This document shows positions 36,082 to 45,162 of a stretch of 64,000 nucleotides of DNA, piece by piece. Position 1 is the stretch's first letter; the number at the start of each line of letters is the position of its first letter. Location: the IMG/VR virus record IMGVR_UViG_3300014204_013127. One strand, 5' to 3'. The notes under the pieces are model-generated. The model saw nothing but the letters and a program-made list of their open reading frames with translations, was not told where the DNA came from and did no database searches. Origin of the DNA: a virus. Its lineage: Duplodnaviria; Heunggongvirae; Uroviricota; Caudoviricetes. A program made the position numbers and the translations under genes.

Positions 36082-38700
36082 ATGAGAGATTATAAAAAAG
36101 AGCTACAGTTGTTGTGCCAGCAAAAAATAGAGAGCTTAGGACTATGTTCAAACGCTCAATATGCAGATCGTCTGAAATTGGAGTTTAGACATATCGACTG
36201 GCAAGATGAGCACTATTATTTAGTGGATTTGTACGAAAGAAAATGTAAGTTTGCCAAAAATGAAAACAATATGTTGGTGGTCCATCTTTTAGGACTAGCC
36301 GATGAATTTGATATCAGCCAACCGCCAAAGTTTACGTTTATTGCCGAGTTCCCCGACATAGATTCAGATTTCTTGCCTGAAATTCAACAGTGGTTAAAAA
36401 ATGTCTGGGCTCCCCAAACCTTTGGGGCGGAATATGTTTGTAATATTGGTAATTATGCCACTTATGGCATCAAATCTGCTTTACAGGATATGGCCAGAGT
36501 TTATGGCTTGAGTCATGATGAAGTCAACACGGTTACCACCCAGATTGAAGATAAAGATGATGAAAATAAACCCATTACGTGGGAAAAAGCTTTGGAGCTA
36601 AACAAGGAATTGGCTGCTTATTGCGAGCAATATCCAGAGGTATATGATGCTGCCAAGCGATTGTATGGCAGGGTAAGGGGAATGGGCAAACATGCTGGTG
36701 GTTTGATTATTTCTAGCATGCCCTTGGCTGATTTTGTTCCATTGGTTGTGGACAAGCAAGGCAATCCGCTTTCAGCATGGACTGAAGGACTGCATGCTCA
36801 AGACTTGGCCCCTGTAGGATTGGTGAAAGTCGATGTATTGGTTATTACAAACTTAGTGCAAATAGCTAAGTGCTTGAAATTGATTCGTGAGCGATACGGT
36901 ATCGACAGGATGTGTAATTTAGAGGCACAGGATGATTGGTCGGACACAGAGAAGTACCAAAATGATCCTGATGCTATTGCTTTGGCAAACGAAGCAAAAT
37001 TAAAGTGCATTTTCCAATTTGATTCTCCCGGCATTAGGGATTTGGCAAAAAAGGGTGGTGTGACTTCATTTGATGATCTAGTGGCATTCACTAGTTTATA
37101 TCGTCCTGGTCCTATGGGCTCTCAACTCCACACCACCTATTGTAAGCGAAAAAAGGGCGAGCCATACGAGTTGCATCCATTGTTAAAGCCTATTTTGGAA
37201 AAAACATATGGGGTGATGTGTTACCAAGAACAGATCATGAAAATCTTCAATGTTATTGGGGGTTTTCCATTGCCTCAATGTTATAAAATTGTGAAGGCTA
37301 TTTCCAAGAAAAAAGGCGAGGTTTTCCAAAAAGCCAAAGTTCAATTTTTGGAACAATGCCAACAAAGATTGGATTATTCTGAGCAAGAAGCTAATGAATT
37401 TTTTGAGAGTATAGCAAAGTTTTCGGGATATGCTTTCAATTTAAGTCATGCTACTTCATATTCGTTTGTTTCTGCAATGCTGTTGTATTTGAAAGCTCAT
37501 TATCCTTTAGAGTTCTTTGCAGCTATTTTGAGTTGTGAAAAAAATGCTGACAAGATTAAAGAATACAGATTAGAAGCCCAAAGATTTGGGGTGCCGATCA
37601 ATCGTATTGATATCAATAAGTCGAAGGTTCATTTTGAAATTATAGACAATGAAATATATTTAGGGTTTGCGGACATTAAGGGTGTTGGTGATGAGGTTGC
37701 TGAAAAAATCGTGGCAGGACAGCCCTATAGTTCTTTTGTAGATTTTATGGAACGATTTGGCACTTATGCTGATGTTTTGAAGCCACTGATTGCTTTACGG
37801 GTTTTTTCTGATGAACCGATGGTTTTGTATGAATTTGCTGAATTCTATCGTTGCAAAAGCAAATCACGCAAAGATCGAGATAAGAGATATATTACTTCTC
37901 AACAAGATCGTCTAGATGAAATTATATCCTTAGTACAATCAGAATATGAGAAAATAATAGATGGCGATTGGTGTGCTCAGTTTAAAGACCTGAAGAAAAA
38001 GGAATTTATTGAAAAGCATAGTGCTATGTGTTTGGACGGCATGGCCGAAGATGTTTTTACAGCCATCAATCAATATAACAAATCTAAAGCCAACAATGAG
38101 AAAAAGGTAGCACTCGATACCGTTATCACAATGGATAATTGGAATCCATCGGGAAAAATAGATCACGAAATGCAGGTTTTATTATCACATCACTTGTCTA
38201 TTGCCGAAAACAAATATTATGGTTTTCCTTGGGATTATGTGTTGACGCAATCTCCTGATTATAAAGGAAGAACCTTTGAGGAGTTCGATATAGCAATTGC
38301 ACAGGGCGATCATGCCATTAAGCCGGTGGAGGTGCAGATAATAGAGAAGCCTCGAATTATGAAGTCTAAGAAAGGATACAAGGTCAAAGTTGTGGACGGC
38401 AATGGAAGAGCAGAAACTGTTACTATTTGGAAAGATGATTTTGAAAGATTTGAGGAAGAAATTGCTTGGTGGGAGCCGACATGCGAGTGGGGCAATTTAT
38501 TACAAATGAGGCTTAAAAAGCCTATGGGGGATTGGAAAGATTACACATTTGAAAGTTTCCCCAGAGAGCTTAGGAAAGAAATGGTGCCTAAGGAAAAAAG
38601 CCAAGATGGTCGTTTGAATGTTTTGCGTTGGCCGGAAAGTGCCATAGTCAAACAAGATGTAATAGATAAAATCAAGGAAGATTTTACTATTATAGACTAG
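36082..38700 (+). CDS. dnaE: DNA polymerase III alpha subunit, C-terminal fragment (palm catalytic aspartates onward, fingers, OB-like)
   Basis: FPDIDSDF is the PDFDVDF catalytic motif. GKHAGGLIIS matches GxHAxGvvI. YCKRKKGEPYELHPLLKPILEKTYGVMCYQEQIMKI matches the conserved fingers region. 872 aa, including an ~85-aa N-terminal extension with no DnaE counterpart. Confidence 0.8.
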   Translation: MRDYKKELQLLCQQKIESLGLCSNAQYADRLKLEFRHIDWQDEHYYLVDLYERKCKFAKNENNMLVVHLLGLADEFDISQPPKFTFIAEFPDIDSDFLPEIQQWLKNVWAPQTFGAEYVCNIGNYATYGIKSALQDMARVYGLSHDEVNTVTTQIEDKDDENKPITWEKALELNKELAAYCEQYPEVYDAAKRLYGRVRGMGKHAGGLIISSMPLADFVPLVVDKQGNPLSAWTEGLHAQDLAPVGLVKVDVLVITNLVQIAKCLKLIRERYGIDRMCNLEAQDDWSDTEKYQNDPDAIALANEAKLKCIFQFDSPGIRDLAKKGGVTSFDDLVAFTSLYRPGPMGSQLHTTYCKRKKGEPYELHPLLKPILEKTYGVMCYQEQIMKIFNVIGGFPLPQCYKIVKAISKKKGEVFQKAKVQFLEQCQQRLDYSEQEANEFFESIAKFSGYAFNLSHATSYSFVSAMLLYLKAHYPLEFFAAILSCEKNADKIKEYRLEAQRFGVPINRIDINKSKVHFEIIDNEIYLGFADIKGVGDEVAEKIVAGQPYSSFVDFMERFGTYADVLKPLIALRVFSDEPMVLYEFAEFYRCKSKSRKDRDKRYITSQQDRLDEIISLVQSEYEKIIDGDWCAQFKDLKKKEFIEKHSAMCLDGMAEDVFTAINQYNKSKANNEKKVALDTVITMDNWNPSGKIDHEMQVLLSHHLSIAENKYYGFPWDYVLTQSPDYKGRTFEEFDIAIAQGDHAIKPVEVQIIEKPRIMKSKKGYKVKVVDGNGRAETVTIWKDDFERFEEEIAWWEPTCEWGNLLQMRLKKPMGDWKDYTFESFPRELRKEMVPKEKSQDGRLNVLRWPESAIVKQDVIDKIKEDFTIID

Positions 38701-38729
38701 CTATATATGCTTGTCCTAAAGGAGGTACA

Positions 38730-38933
38730 ATGTTAGCAACAAGTGAAAAATCCTGCACTCAACAACGAAAATGGTATCCCAAGTTGTTTCGTATTTTGTT
38801 TAATGGATTGTTTTCCTTTGATGAGTGTGAAGTATTTGTTCGAACAGATGCTCCCCACGCTTGTCAGACTGTATTAGCAGATTTTAGTAGCGTTTGTGGT
38901 TGTAGTGGTTGTTGTAGCAATATGGTAGCTTGA
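38730..38933 (+). CDS. small Cys-rich peptide (67 aa) with C-terminal CGCSGCC cluster; candidate RiPP precursor
   Basis: A perfect AAAGGAGGT ribosome-binding site lies 5 nt upstream of the ATG. The peptide ends ...ADFSSVCGCSGCCSNMVA, and the rSAM/SPASM gene follows 12 nt downstream. Confidence 0.55.
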   Translation: MLATSEKSCTQQRKWYPKLFRILFNGLFSFDECEVFVRTDAPHACQTVLADFSSVCGCSGCCSNMVA

Positions 38934-38945
38934 TAAAGGGATAAG

Positions 38946-40277
38946 ATGTTTAAAAGGTATAAACTTTCTAAATACAACATATTGGTGCAGCATGAAGATG
39001 TTTGGTTATTGTACAACCAAGTGTCTGGCACATTGATAAAATTGAATGATCGATTAAAGGATTTTCAAAAAATAGCCGACAGCACATTATGTTTAAGTAA
39101 GTTCAAAAGAAAGCTTCGCAAACACAAATTTTTAGTGCCTGTTGATGAGGATGAGTTTGCAACTTTTCGACAAACTGATGTAGATCATCTTAACAACAAT
39201 CAAGAGAAGAAATTTGTCATTGTTGTGACTAGTCGCTGCAATGCAGCTTGTTTTTATTGTTATGAAAAAGAGTGCAAAGAATATTGCATGGCTACCGACA
39301 TGTCATCCGATGTACAAGATCAGCTTGTGCGATTTATTGACCATTGTATTTCTTCCACCCCTACAATAAATTTTTCTATAACTTGGTATGGCGGCGAGCC
39401 GTTGTTGTGCCCAAATATAGTATGTGATCTTGCCAAAAAAATTAAAGATGTTTGCAAAAATAGAGGGGTGAAATTCTCAAACAATATTATTACTAACGGC
39501 ACATTATTAGACAACGAAATGATAGATCGATTGCTGTCAATCAATTGTCGTAGTGTTCAAATTACTATTGATGGGATGCGTGAAATACATGACGCAAGAA
39601 GACCTTTAATTGGTGCCAACCCATCTTCTTATGACATTATTATGGAGAACTTAATTGCTGGATATTCTAAGGGATTGGAAATAGATGTGCGAAGTAATCT
39701 TGATTACTCAAACTCTGAACAATACAAGCAATTTTTAGATGATATATTAAACAAAGGTCTCAATCAGAGAAATTCTGCCGGTGGTATTGTTAATCCATCG
39801 CCAGCGATGACTCGATTTCCAAATCAATTGGGCATGAAGCAAGAAGATTTTGCCATTGTGACCAATGATACTATTCAAGCATTGAAAGGAAAGACAGAAG
39901 TATATAGGTTTCTTGCTCCTACCTTACCGGGGTGCATGAAGAATATGAGATTTTATTACACAATAGCTCCAAACGGTAATGTGACCAAATGTATTGGTGG
40001 AATAAGCGACGAAGACGCCATTGGAACCATATATGACATGAAACTGGCAGAGGAAGACAGTGCTATAGCAATTAGTCCCTGTGAAGATACGGAGTGTGTT
40101 CATTGCCCCATATTACCTAGTTGTGGTGGAGGTTGTGTAGAACGACACAAGAAATACAATTGTGAAAAATGCCATTATGGTGGTTGTCAAACAATTCGAT
40201 GGACTATCAATAATGCAATTGTAGGATTGTATTATTTCTTATTGCACAGAGGAGAACTCGGAGGAGATAAAGAGTAA
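38946..40277 (+). CDS. radical SAM/SPASM enzyme (rSAM-3), candidate peptide maturase
   Basis: CNAACFYCYE CxxxCxxC; C-terminal CEDTECVHCPILPSCGGGC is a SPASM-like Cys cluster. Confidence 0.7.
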   Translation: MFKRYKLSKYNILVQHEDVWLLYNQVSGTLIKLNDRLKDFQKIADSTLCLSKFKRKLRKHKFLVPVDEDEFATFRQTDVDHLNNNQEKKFVIVVTSRCNAACFYCYEKECKEYCMATDMSSDVQDQLVRFIDHCISSTPTINFSITWYGGEPLLCPNIVCDLAKKIKDVCKNRGVKFSNNIITNGTLLDNEMIDRLLSINCRSVQITIDGMREIHDARRPLIGANPSSYDIIMENLIAGYSKGLEIDVRSNLDYSNSEQYKQFLDDILNKGLNQRNSAGGIVNPSPAMTRFPNQLGMKQEDFAIVTNDTIQALKGKTEVYRFLAPTLPGCMKNMRFYYTIAPNGNVTKCIGGISDEDAIGTIYDMKLAEEDSAIAISPCEDTECVHCPILPSCGGGCVERHKKYNCEKCHYGGCQTIRWTINNAIVGLYYFLLHRGELGGDKE

Positions 40278-41342
40278 TTTATTGTCGCTGTTTCTTGGAG
40301 CATTCTCATATTGTTCTATTTGCACTGGTTGATGCAATAATCCTTTTAACACATCTTTTGTTATCAATACAGATGTCTCATTTTGCTGATCTATAAATAA
40401 GGTGATTATTCCTTTTTTGTTTTGTCGAATCATATACGGCACAGGTGTTTGATTTTTTGATTTAAGAAATGAAGATATAAATGATGTAATTGTATGTGGG
40501 TCACAAGGCGTTTTGTTATTATCCCAAAGACATTGTATAGACTTTCCTGTAAATTCTGTAAAGACCCTGCCATAAATGCCGCATTGGCAACTCTTTGTTT
40601 GTATTACGCCCAGATCATCGGTTTTACAAGAGGCGTATGGTTGGCTGTAATTGAAAAAATCTGTGCTTGTAATTTCGTTGTAGTTATTTTGTTCAACAAG
40701 ACATAATTCGTCATCAATATGTTTTGTTCCGTACCTGCATTCTATAAAGCTTAGCCCCGTATCCCACGCTCTCATTTTATCTATAACAGATGTGTATATT
40801 TTGAGTGATTTATCACGAGTGTCGTCAAACAAGGTCTCACAGCTAAACATAACCACACAGTTAAGTGGTGTTTTGTTTTCTGTGGCAAAATAAGACGCCA
40901 TAAAAGTAGATGGTGTCGTATAGACCAAATCTGGACATATTTGGGCAGTTATGTCATACGCTTCTTCCCACTGTTGTTTATTGGCATTGTAAGGGATTGA
41001 AATTGTATAAACATTGTTGTTTAGAGATGCAATAGTGGATGGACCATCAATGCTTAAAGACTGTGAATTGGCTGTTGACACCATCCATGCAATGCGTAGC
41101 CTGGGATTTAGGTTGTTTAGGTAACAAATTTTATTAAAATGATATTTTTCAATATTTACAAATTCAGGCACAGAATATTTGTACATTTTTGCACAACCAG
41201 TGGTTGTGCCAGAGGTATGTAAAACAACATTGTTTGTTGATGTTCCGGCCTTTTTTTTTAGGTAACGGAGAGCCACTGTTTGGTAATGTGTCAAATGTTC
41301 ATAATTGCGAATATATTGCGGAGATAATGGAGCAAATATCAT
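40239..41342 (-). CDS. adenylate-forming enzyme (ANL superfamily, PaaK/F390-synthetase-like)
   Basis: HTSGTTTGCAKMY resembles the [ST]SGTTGxPK AMP-binding P-loop. 367 aa, convergent on and overlapping rSAM-3 by 39 nt. Confidence 0.4.
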   Translation of the reverse strand: MIFAPLSPQYIRNYEHLTHYQTVALRYLKKKAGTSTNNVVLHTSGTTTGCAKMYKYSVPEFVNIEKYHFNKICYLNNLNPRLRIAWMVSTANSQSLSIDGPSTIASLNNNVYTISIPYNANKQQWEEAYDITAQICPDLVYTTPSTFMASYFATENKTPLNCVVMFSCETLFDDTRDKSLKIYTSVIDKMRAWDTGLSFIECRYGTKHIDDELCLVEQNNYNEITSTDFFNYSQPYASCKTDDLGVIQTKSCQCGIYGRVFTEFTGKSIQCLWDNNKTPCDPHTITSFISSFLKSKNQTPVPYMIRQNKKGIITLFIDQQNETSVLITKDVLKGLLHQPVQIEQYENAPRNSDNKLLFISSEFSSVQ

Positions 41343-41391
41343 AATTTTTTAATTTGCTAACTTTCTTATATAGAACAAGAAAGGGTTTTTC

Positions 41392-41796
41392 ATGACCTAT
41401 CAAGATATCGATCAATCTAATTTCAACGAATATTTTTTCAACATTCGGGAGCACCAGCCCAAACCAGGGCAGGTAATGGCTTGTTTTCACGCCGTTTGTG
41501 AGCTAATAAATGGCGAAGAAAAGAAATTCCTCATTCAGACATTGCAGCGTCCCAATTCGGCTCAATCCGCTGCCAACATAATGTCTAAACTATTTTATGC
41601 TAATAAGGAGAGTTCTTGGCATACCCCTGCTGAGATAGCCCAAGACCTATTAGATGGCATGTCAGAAGACGAAGTGGCTCAGAAGCCTTATGAGTTTGTT
41701 GCCGAGTTCTATTACTACACAGATAGGGAATGTGTGCCGCCTGATGATCCACAATGGGAGGTAATAGAATTAATAAGGCCGAAAATAAATAATTAG
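41392..41796 (+). CDS. hypothetical protein
   Basis: 134-aa ORF. Confidence 0.35.
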   Translation: MTYQDIDQSNFNEYFFNIREHQPKPGQVMACFHAVCELINGEEKKFLIQTLQRPNSAQSAANIMSKLFYANKESSWHTPAEIAQDLLDGMSEDEVAQKPYEFVAEFYYYTDRECVPPDDPQWEVIELIRPKINN

Positions 41797-41837
41797 AACA
41801 TATATATCTGTGACTAATTATTCGAGAGGTCAAAAAT

Positions 41838-42464
41838 ATGGCAAATATGTATTATCAAGATAGAGAAGAGCTAGAAAAATGGGCTCAAATTATAGAAAAA
41901 GCAACAGCAGATGGTAAGTTTAAGAATGCAGCAAATGTAACTCCTTCTCCCAAAACCTCCGAGGAAAGCTTCTTTGGGCTGCAAAATACGCACCCCACCG
42001 ATAAGCCAGCCGAGCAGGATGTTAAATATTGGAATCAAGTAACCAAAAAGGCAGAAAATCCTTCTGTTTTGAATGAGGCAATAGACCCCAAATTAGTCAA
42101 AGAATGGCGTCGTATGGTTGGGCTTTCTACAAAGGACATTGTAGAAAGCACCGAAGATGTTGCTAATGTGGCGAAAAGTATTGCTCAAACACCAAATCCC
42201 ATAAGACAAAATACTGTGGGTATGGATCAGTCTTTGGAGCCCGGTTCTTTGGGGCTGACTTTCTCCGAAGAAGATATCAAGAATTTGGATGCATTAAAAA
42301 TTCAATTGCACGAAATGGAGTGCAAATTAAATGCTTTTGAGAGTCGAGGGGAAAATGCTTCTAAATTTGAGAAACAAATTCAAGTTCTTAAAGGTAAAAT
42401 AGATGCTTTAAGCACAGCTATGACGCAAAGTTTCCCCTATTCTATTAGCCCACAGGGAGATTAA
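41838..42464 (+). CDS. hypothetical coiled-coil protein
   Basis: 208 aa with a C-terminal heptad-like region; immediately upstream of the fibre-like protein. Confidence 0.35.
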   Translation: MANMYYQDREELEKWAQIIEKATADGKFKNAANVTPSPKTSEESFFGLQNTHPTDKPAEQDVKYWNQVTKKAENPSVLNEAIDPKLVKEWRRMVGLSTKDIVESTEDVANVAKSIAQTPNPIRQNTVGMDQSLEPGSLGLTFSEEDIKNLDALKIQLHEMECKLNAFESRGENASKFEKQIQVLKGKIDALSTAMTQSFPYSISPQGD

Positions 42465-42466
42465 TT

Positions 42467-43780
42467 ATGGCAACAAAAACATCCAATGGCACTGGTGGTG
42501 GAACATGGTCGGTTGGTGCAACATGGTCGGGTGGTGTTGCACCAACCATAGGCACAGATGATGTTGTTATAGCGTCTACTGATACTGTGACTTGTGATCT
42601 CAACAGCACAACACCAAGTAAAGGCATTGTAGTTAATGGGATTTTAAGTTTTTCTACGACTGCATCAACCAAGCTTACAATGGGTAATTATACTATTGCG
42701 ATTGGTGCCACTGGGGAATTGCGAATTGGTACGGTAGGTTCTGTGTTAGATAAAGCATATACAGCCGAAATATTGTGGGATACAACTACGGATGGAGCGA
42801 ACGGTATAACAATTGCCGATGGTGGAAAATTGACCTTATATGGCGATCCGTTATTGTATAGCAATATTTTATGCACAAGTATAGCGGATTTTTGTACCGT
42901 GACTGGCACATTAAGCCCCGATGTGACTGGATATTACTACCCAACCTCTGATTATCCATCTGGATGGAACGATCATACAGTTTATCAAAGAGATGGCCTT
43001 GTTGGCGGGGCTCAATATTTTATTTGGTACGATGCAGATGTGAGTCGTTGGAGATTGTCGGCTGAAGTAGGAGGTATTTTGCCATATCGATGGCTTTCAG
43101 CCAGTGCCATATTGAATTCTACGTTCAACCCTGGCGGCAATTCTACTGGAGTGGGCACTTGTATCAATGGGTGGCAACCATCATTAGGATTGACATTTAC
43201 AGTAGTGGGAGATGTGACAACAACATGGGCCAATGGGCAGGAGTTGTTAATTCATAAGAACGGGACATATTCACAAAATATTTACGATAGTTTTGCCGAC
43301 GCAGGATTGGGACCAGCTACAATTGTCTCATTGGTCGCTAATAGTTCAAATAGTGCAAATACTGACATTCAAATTGCGGAAGCCTACACAGGCAGGTATT
43401 ATAATACTGGTCGAGTATATAATTTAGATAGAAATATTAGAGTTGGCAAATTATCAGCATCTACTGATTTTGACGCAACACCAAACAATCGACCCATTAT
43501 CATTGATGATAATTCAACATCGGGCAATGTAAATGTAAGTAATGTTGTATTAACTGGGTTTTATCGACCGTTCATTAACACCGCAGGCACCAGCATATCT
43601 GCTCTATTTGCCAGAGCAATAATCAGAAATTCAGAATTGAGTGTTTGTAATGTTTCTACATCAATGGATGTGCTGGAGGTGGCTAATACTATTCAAATTG
43701 GTGCAAATAGATTAGATCAAACCGCAGTCGCCAGTTATTCTTTCCCCAACTATGGTGCGGTAGCTGGTGGCGGGGGTTAG
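42467..43780 (+). CDS. beta-helix/fibre-like structural protein (Thr/Gly/Asn-rich)
   Basis: N-terminal GTGGGTWSVGATWSGGVAPTIGTDDVVI is a W..G.TW.GG..P...D.V.I motif. The low-complexity composition is typical of parallel-beta-helix tail fibres/spikes. Confidence 0.4.
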   Translation: MATKTSNGTGGGTWSVGATWSGGVAPTIGTDDVVIASTDTVTCDLNSTTPSKGIVVNGILSFSTTASTKLTMGNYTIAIGATGELRIGTVGSVLDKAYTAEILWDTTTDGANGITIADGGKLTLYGDPLLYSNILCTSIADFCTVTGTLSPDVTGYYYPTSDYPSGWNDHTVYQRDGLVGGAQYFIWYDADVSRWRLSAEVGGILPYRWLSASAILNSTFNPGGNSTGVGTCINGWQPSLGLTFTVVGDVTTTWANGQELLIHKNGTYSQNIYDSFADAGLGPATIVSLVANSSNSANTDIQIAEAYTGRYYNTGRVYNLDRNIRVGKLSASTDFDATPNNRPIIIDDNSTSGNVNVSNVVLTGFYRPFINTAGTSISALFARAIIRNSELSVCNVSTSMDVLEVANTIQIGANRLDQTAVASYSFPNYGAVAGGGG

Positions 43781-43834
43781 AGATTTGTTTTCGTTTTAGG
43801 AATGCAATTTTTTTACAGCTTACTCTGCTAAAGC

Positions 43835-44020
43835 ATGGAAAAATGCTTCAAAATGCACTGTCGTCATTGCAAGTGGACAGAGCTATCTACTGGCATATCT
43901 GCTGATTTGGCTCATCTTGCCGAAGTAAAAAAGTGTGCTAATTGTGGCGGTCCAAGAGTTTTCAAATGCCCTAAATGCAACACGCAAGTCAAGCTTATTA
44001 GAATTCGGGGAAATACATGA
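43835..44020 (+). CDS. small zinc-ribbon protein
   Basis: CRHC...CANCGG...CPKC in 61 aa. Confidence 0.3.
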   Translation: MEKCFKMHCRHCKWTELSTGISADLAHLAEVKKCANCGGPRVFKCPKCNTQVKLIRIRGNT

Positions 44021-45162
44021 GGTTAATCAAGTCGCCCCCCAAAGCCAAAGAAGAAACAATGGAGGATATTAGTTTTAATGTCCATAAATTTAATGCTCGG
44101 CCTAAGCCCAAAGATATTCGCAAAATTCTAATTATTTCTACGCTTTTTGAGTTTGGGTGTGAAACATTATCTGTGCTTTATAGCATCCCAAAAGTATTAC
44201 AGAATTATGGCGGTTTGTATGTAATTGTCTTAGGATGGTACGGTCGTTCTTATTTGTATCGACACTTGGCAGATGAGTTTTGGGAACTAAAAGAGGAACA
44301 TCAGTGGCTTAGAGATTACTCTAATGCATTTAGCAATTCCTCAAAAAACATTGCCCTTTTGCATAAAGAAGTGGCAAAATTGGGTAATTTTTGCCCACCT
44401 GAGCATTTGGCGGCTTGTGCGATAGTCAATTCTTGTAAAAAATGCAATCATTATTGGCGTGAAGACACCGAAGAATGTCCTAATTGTAAAAACGCAACTT
44501 TTGTCAAATCTTTATTTAATGATATACATTTTTGGAAACGATTGGCAATTCCTTTGCCACCTCCTTCGCCTGATAAGATGGAGGAAGCAAAAAAATATTT
44601 AAAGCCAAAAAGTGTGGCTGTTTTCGCTAGAGGCAGAGCCACCTATGGCAGGAATTTACAGCCTGAATTTTACGTTAAATTGGTTAAATTATTGCGTGAC
44701 ATGGGTTATAATCCAATTTGGTTGGGCGAAAAACAGAGTACACAAGCCTGTCCTGTTGATGGAATCATAGACATGTCTCGCAAGATAGAAGCCAGAGATT
44801 TAGAACTAACATTTGCGATTGTGAAACAATGCGAATTCACAGTGCAGTTTTGGACAGCTTCTACACGTTTGGCTGGAATGATGGGAGTGCCTTATATTTT
44901 AGCAGAAAGTCCAGATCAAATTTGGGGAATAGGACAAGAAGGTTATAGAAGAAATTTATGTGATTTCGGACCAAGAAAACTTATAGTTTCTCATTTCTGG
45001 AATGCGTATAATGACAATGAGGCATTTATCGATTTGACTAAGAGGGCTATTTTAGAAATGAATATTGGAAACTATGAAGATATTTTTGGATTACTAGAGA
45101 CGGAACATGTGGCACAACAATGGAAAAAAGAGAATGATAAAAGAATTGGAGCTTACACATGA
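44017..45162 (+). CDS. GT9-family (ADP-heptose heptosyltransferase-like) glycosyltransferase with internal Cys cluster
   Basis: Architecture parallels GT9. The N-domain reads KILIISTLFEFGCETL. KPKSVAVFARGRATYGRNLQPEFYVKLVKLLRDMGYNPIWLGEK...DLELTFAIVKQCEFTVQFWTASTRLAGMMGVPYILAESP compares with the iavfpGas...K.WP...f..L...L...G..vvl.G.......a.li...dlfIgnDSG.mHLAaA.g.P.vaLfGpt consensus. An insert CPPEHLAACAIVNSCKKCNHYWREDTEECPNCKN carries two CxxC pairs. Confidence 0.45.
   Translation: MRLIKSPPKAKEETMEDISFNVHKFNARPKPKDIRKILIISTLFEFGCETLSVLYSIPKVLQNYGGLYVIVLGWYGRSYLYRHLADEFWELKEEHQWLRDYSNAFSNSSKNIALLHKEVAKLGNFCPPEHLAACAIVNSCKKCNHYWREDTEECPNCKNATFVKSLFNDIHFWKRLAIPLPPPSPDKMEEAKKYLKPKSVAVFARGRATYGRNLQPEFYVKLVKLLRDMGYNPIWLGEKQSTQACPVDGIIDMSRKIEARDLELTFAIVKQCEFTVQFWTASTRLAGMMGVPYILAESPDQIWGIGQEGYRRNLCDFGPRKLIVSHFWNAYNDNEAFIDLTKRAILEMNIGNYEDIFGLLETEHVAQQWKKENDKRIGAYT

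Noticed and set aside
36082-36340. Possible split-intein C-fragment at the start of the dnaE C-terminal half
   Set aside because: The weak similarity to intein blocks F/G lacks the obligatory terminal Asn and the +1 Cys/Ser/Thr. The N-fragment has no IntN-sized tail (only 12 aa after the DnaE homology). An active split intein is rejected. A decayed remnant remains only a speculation.
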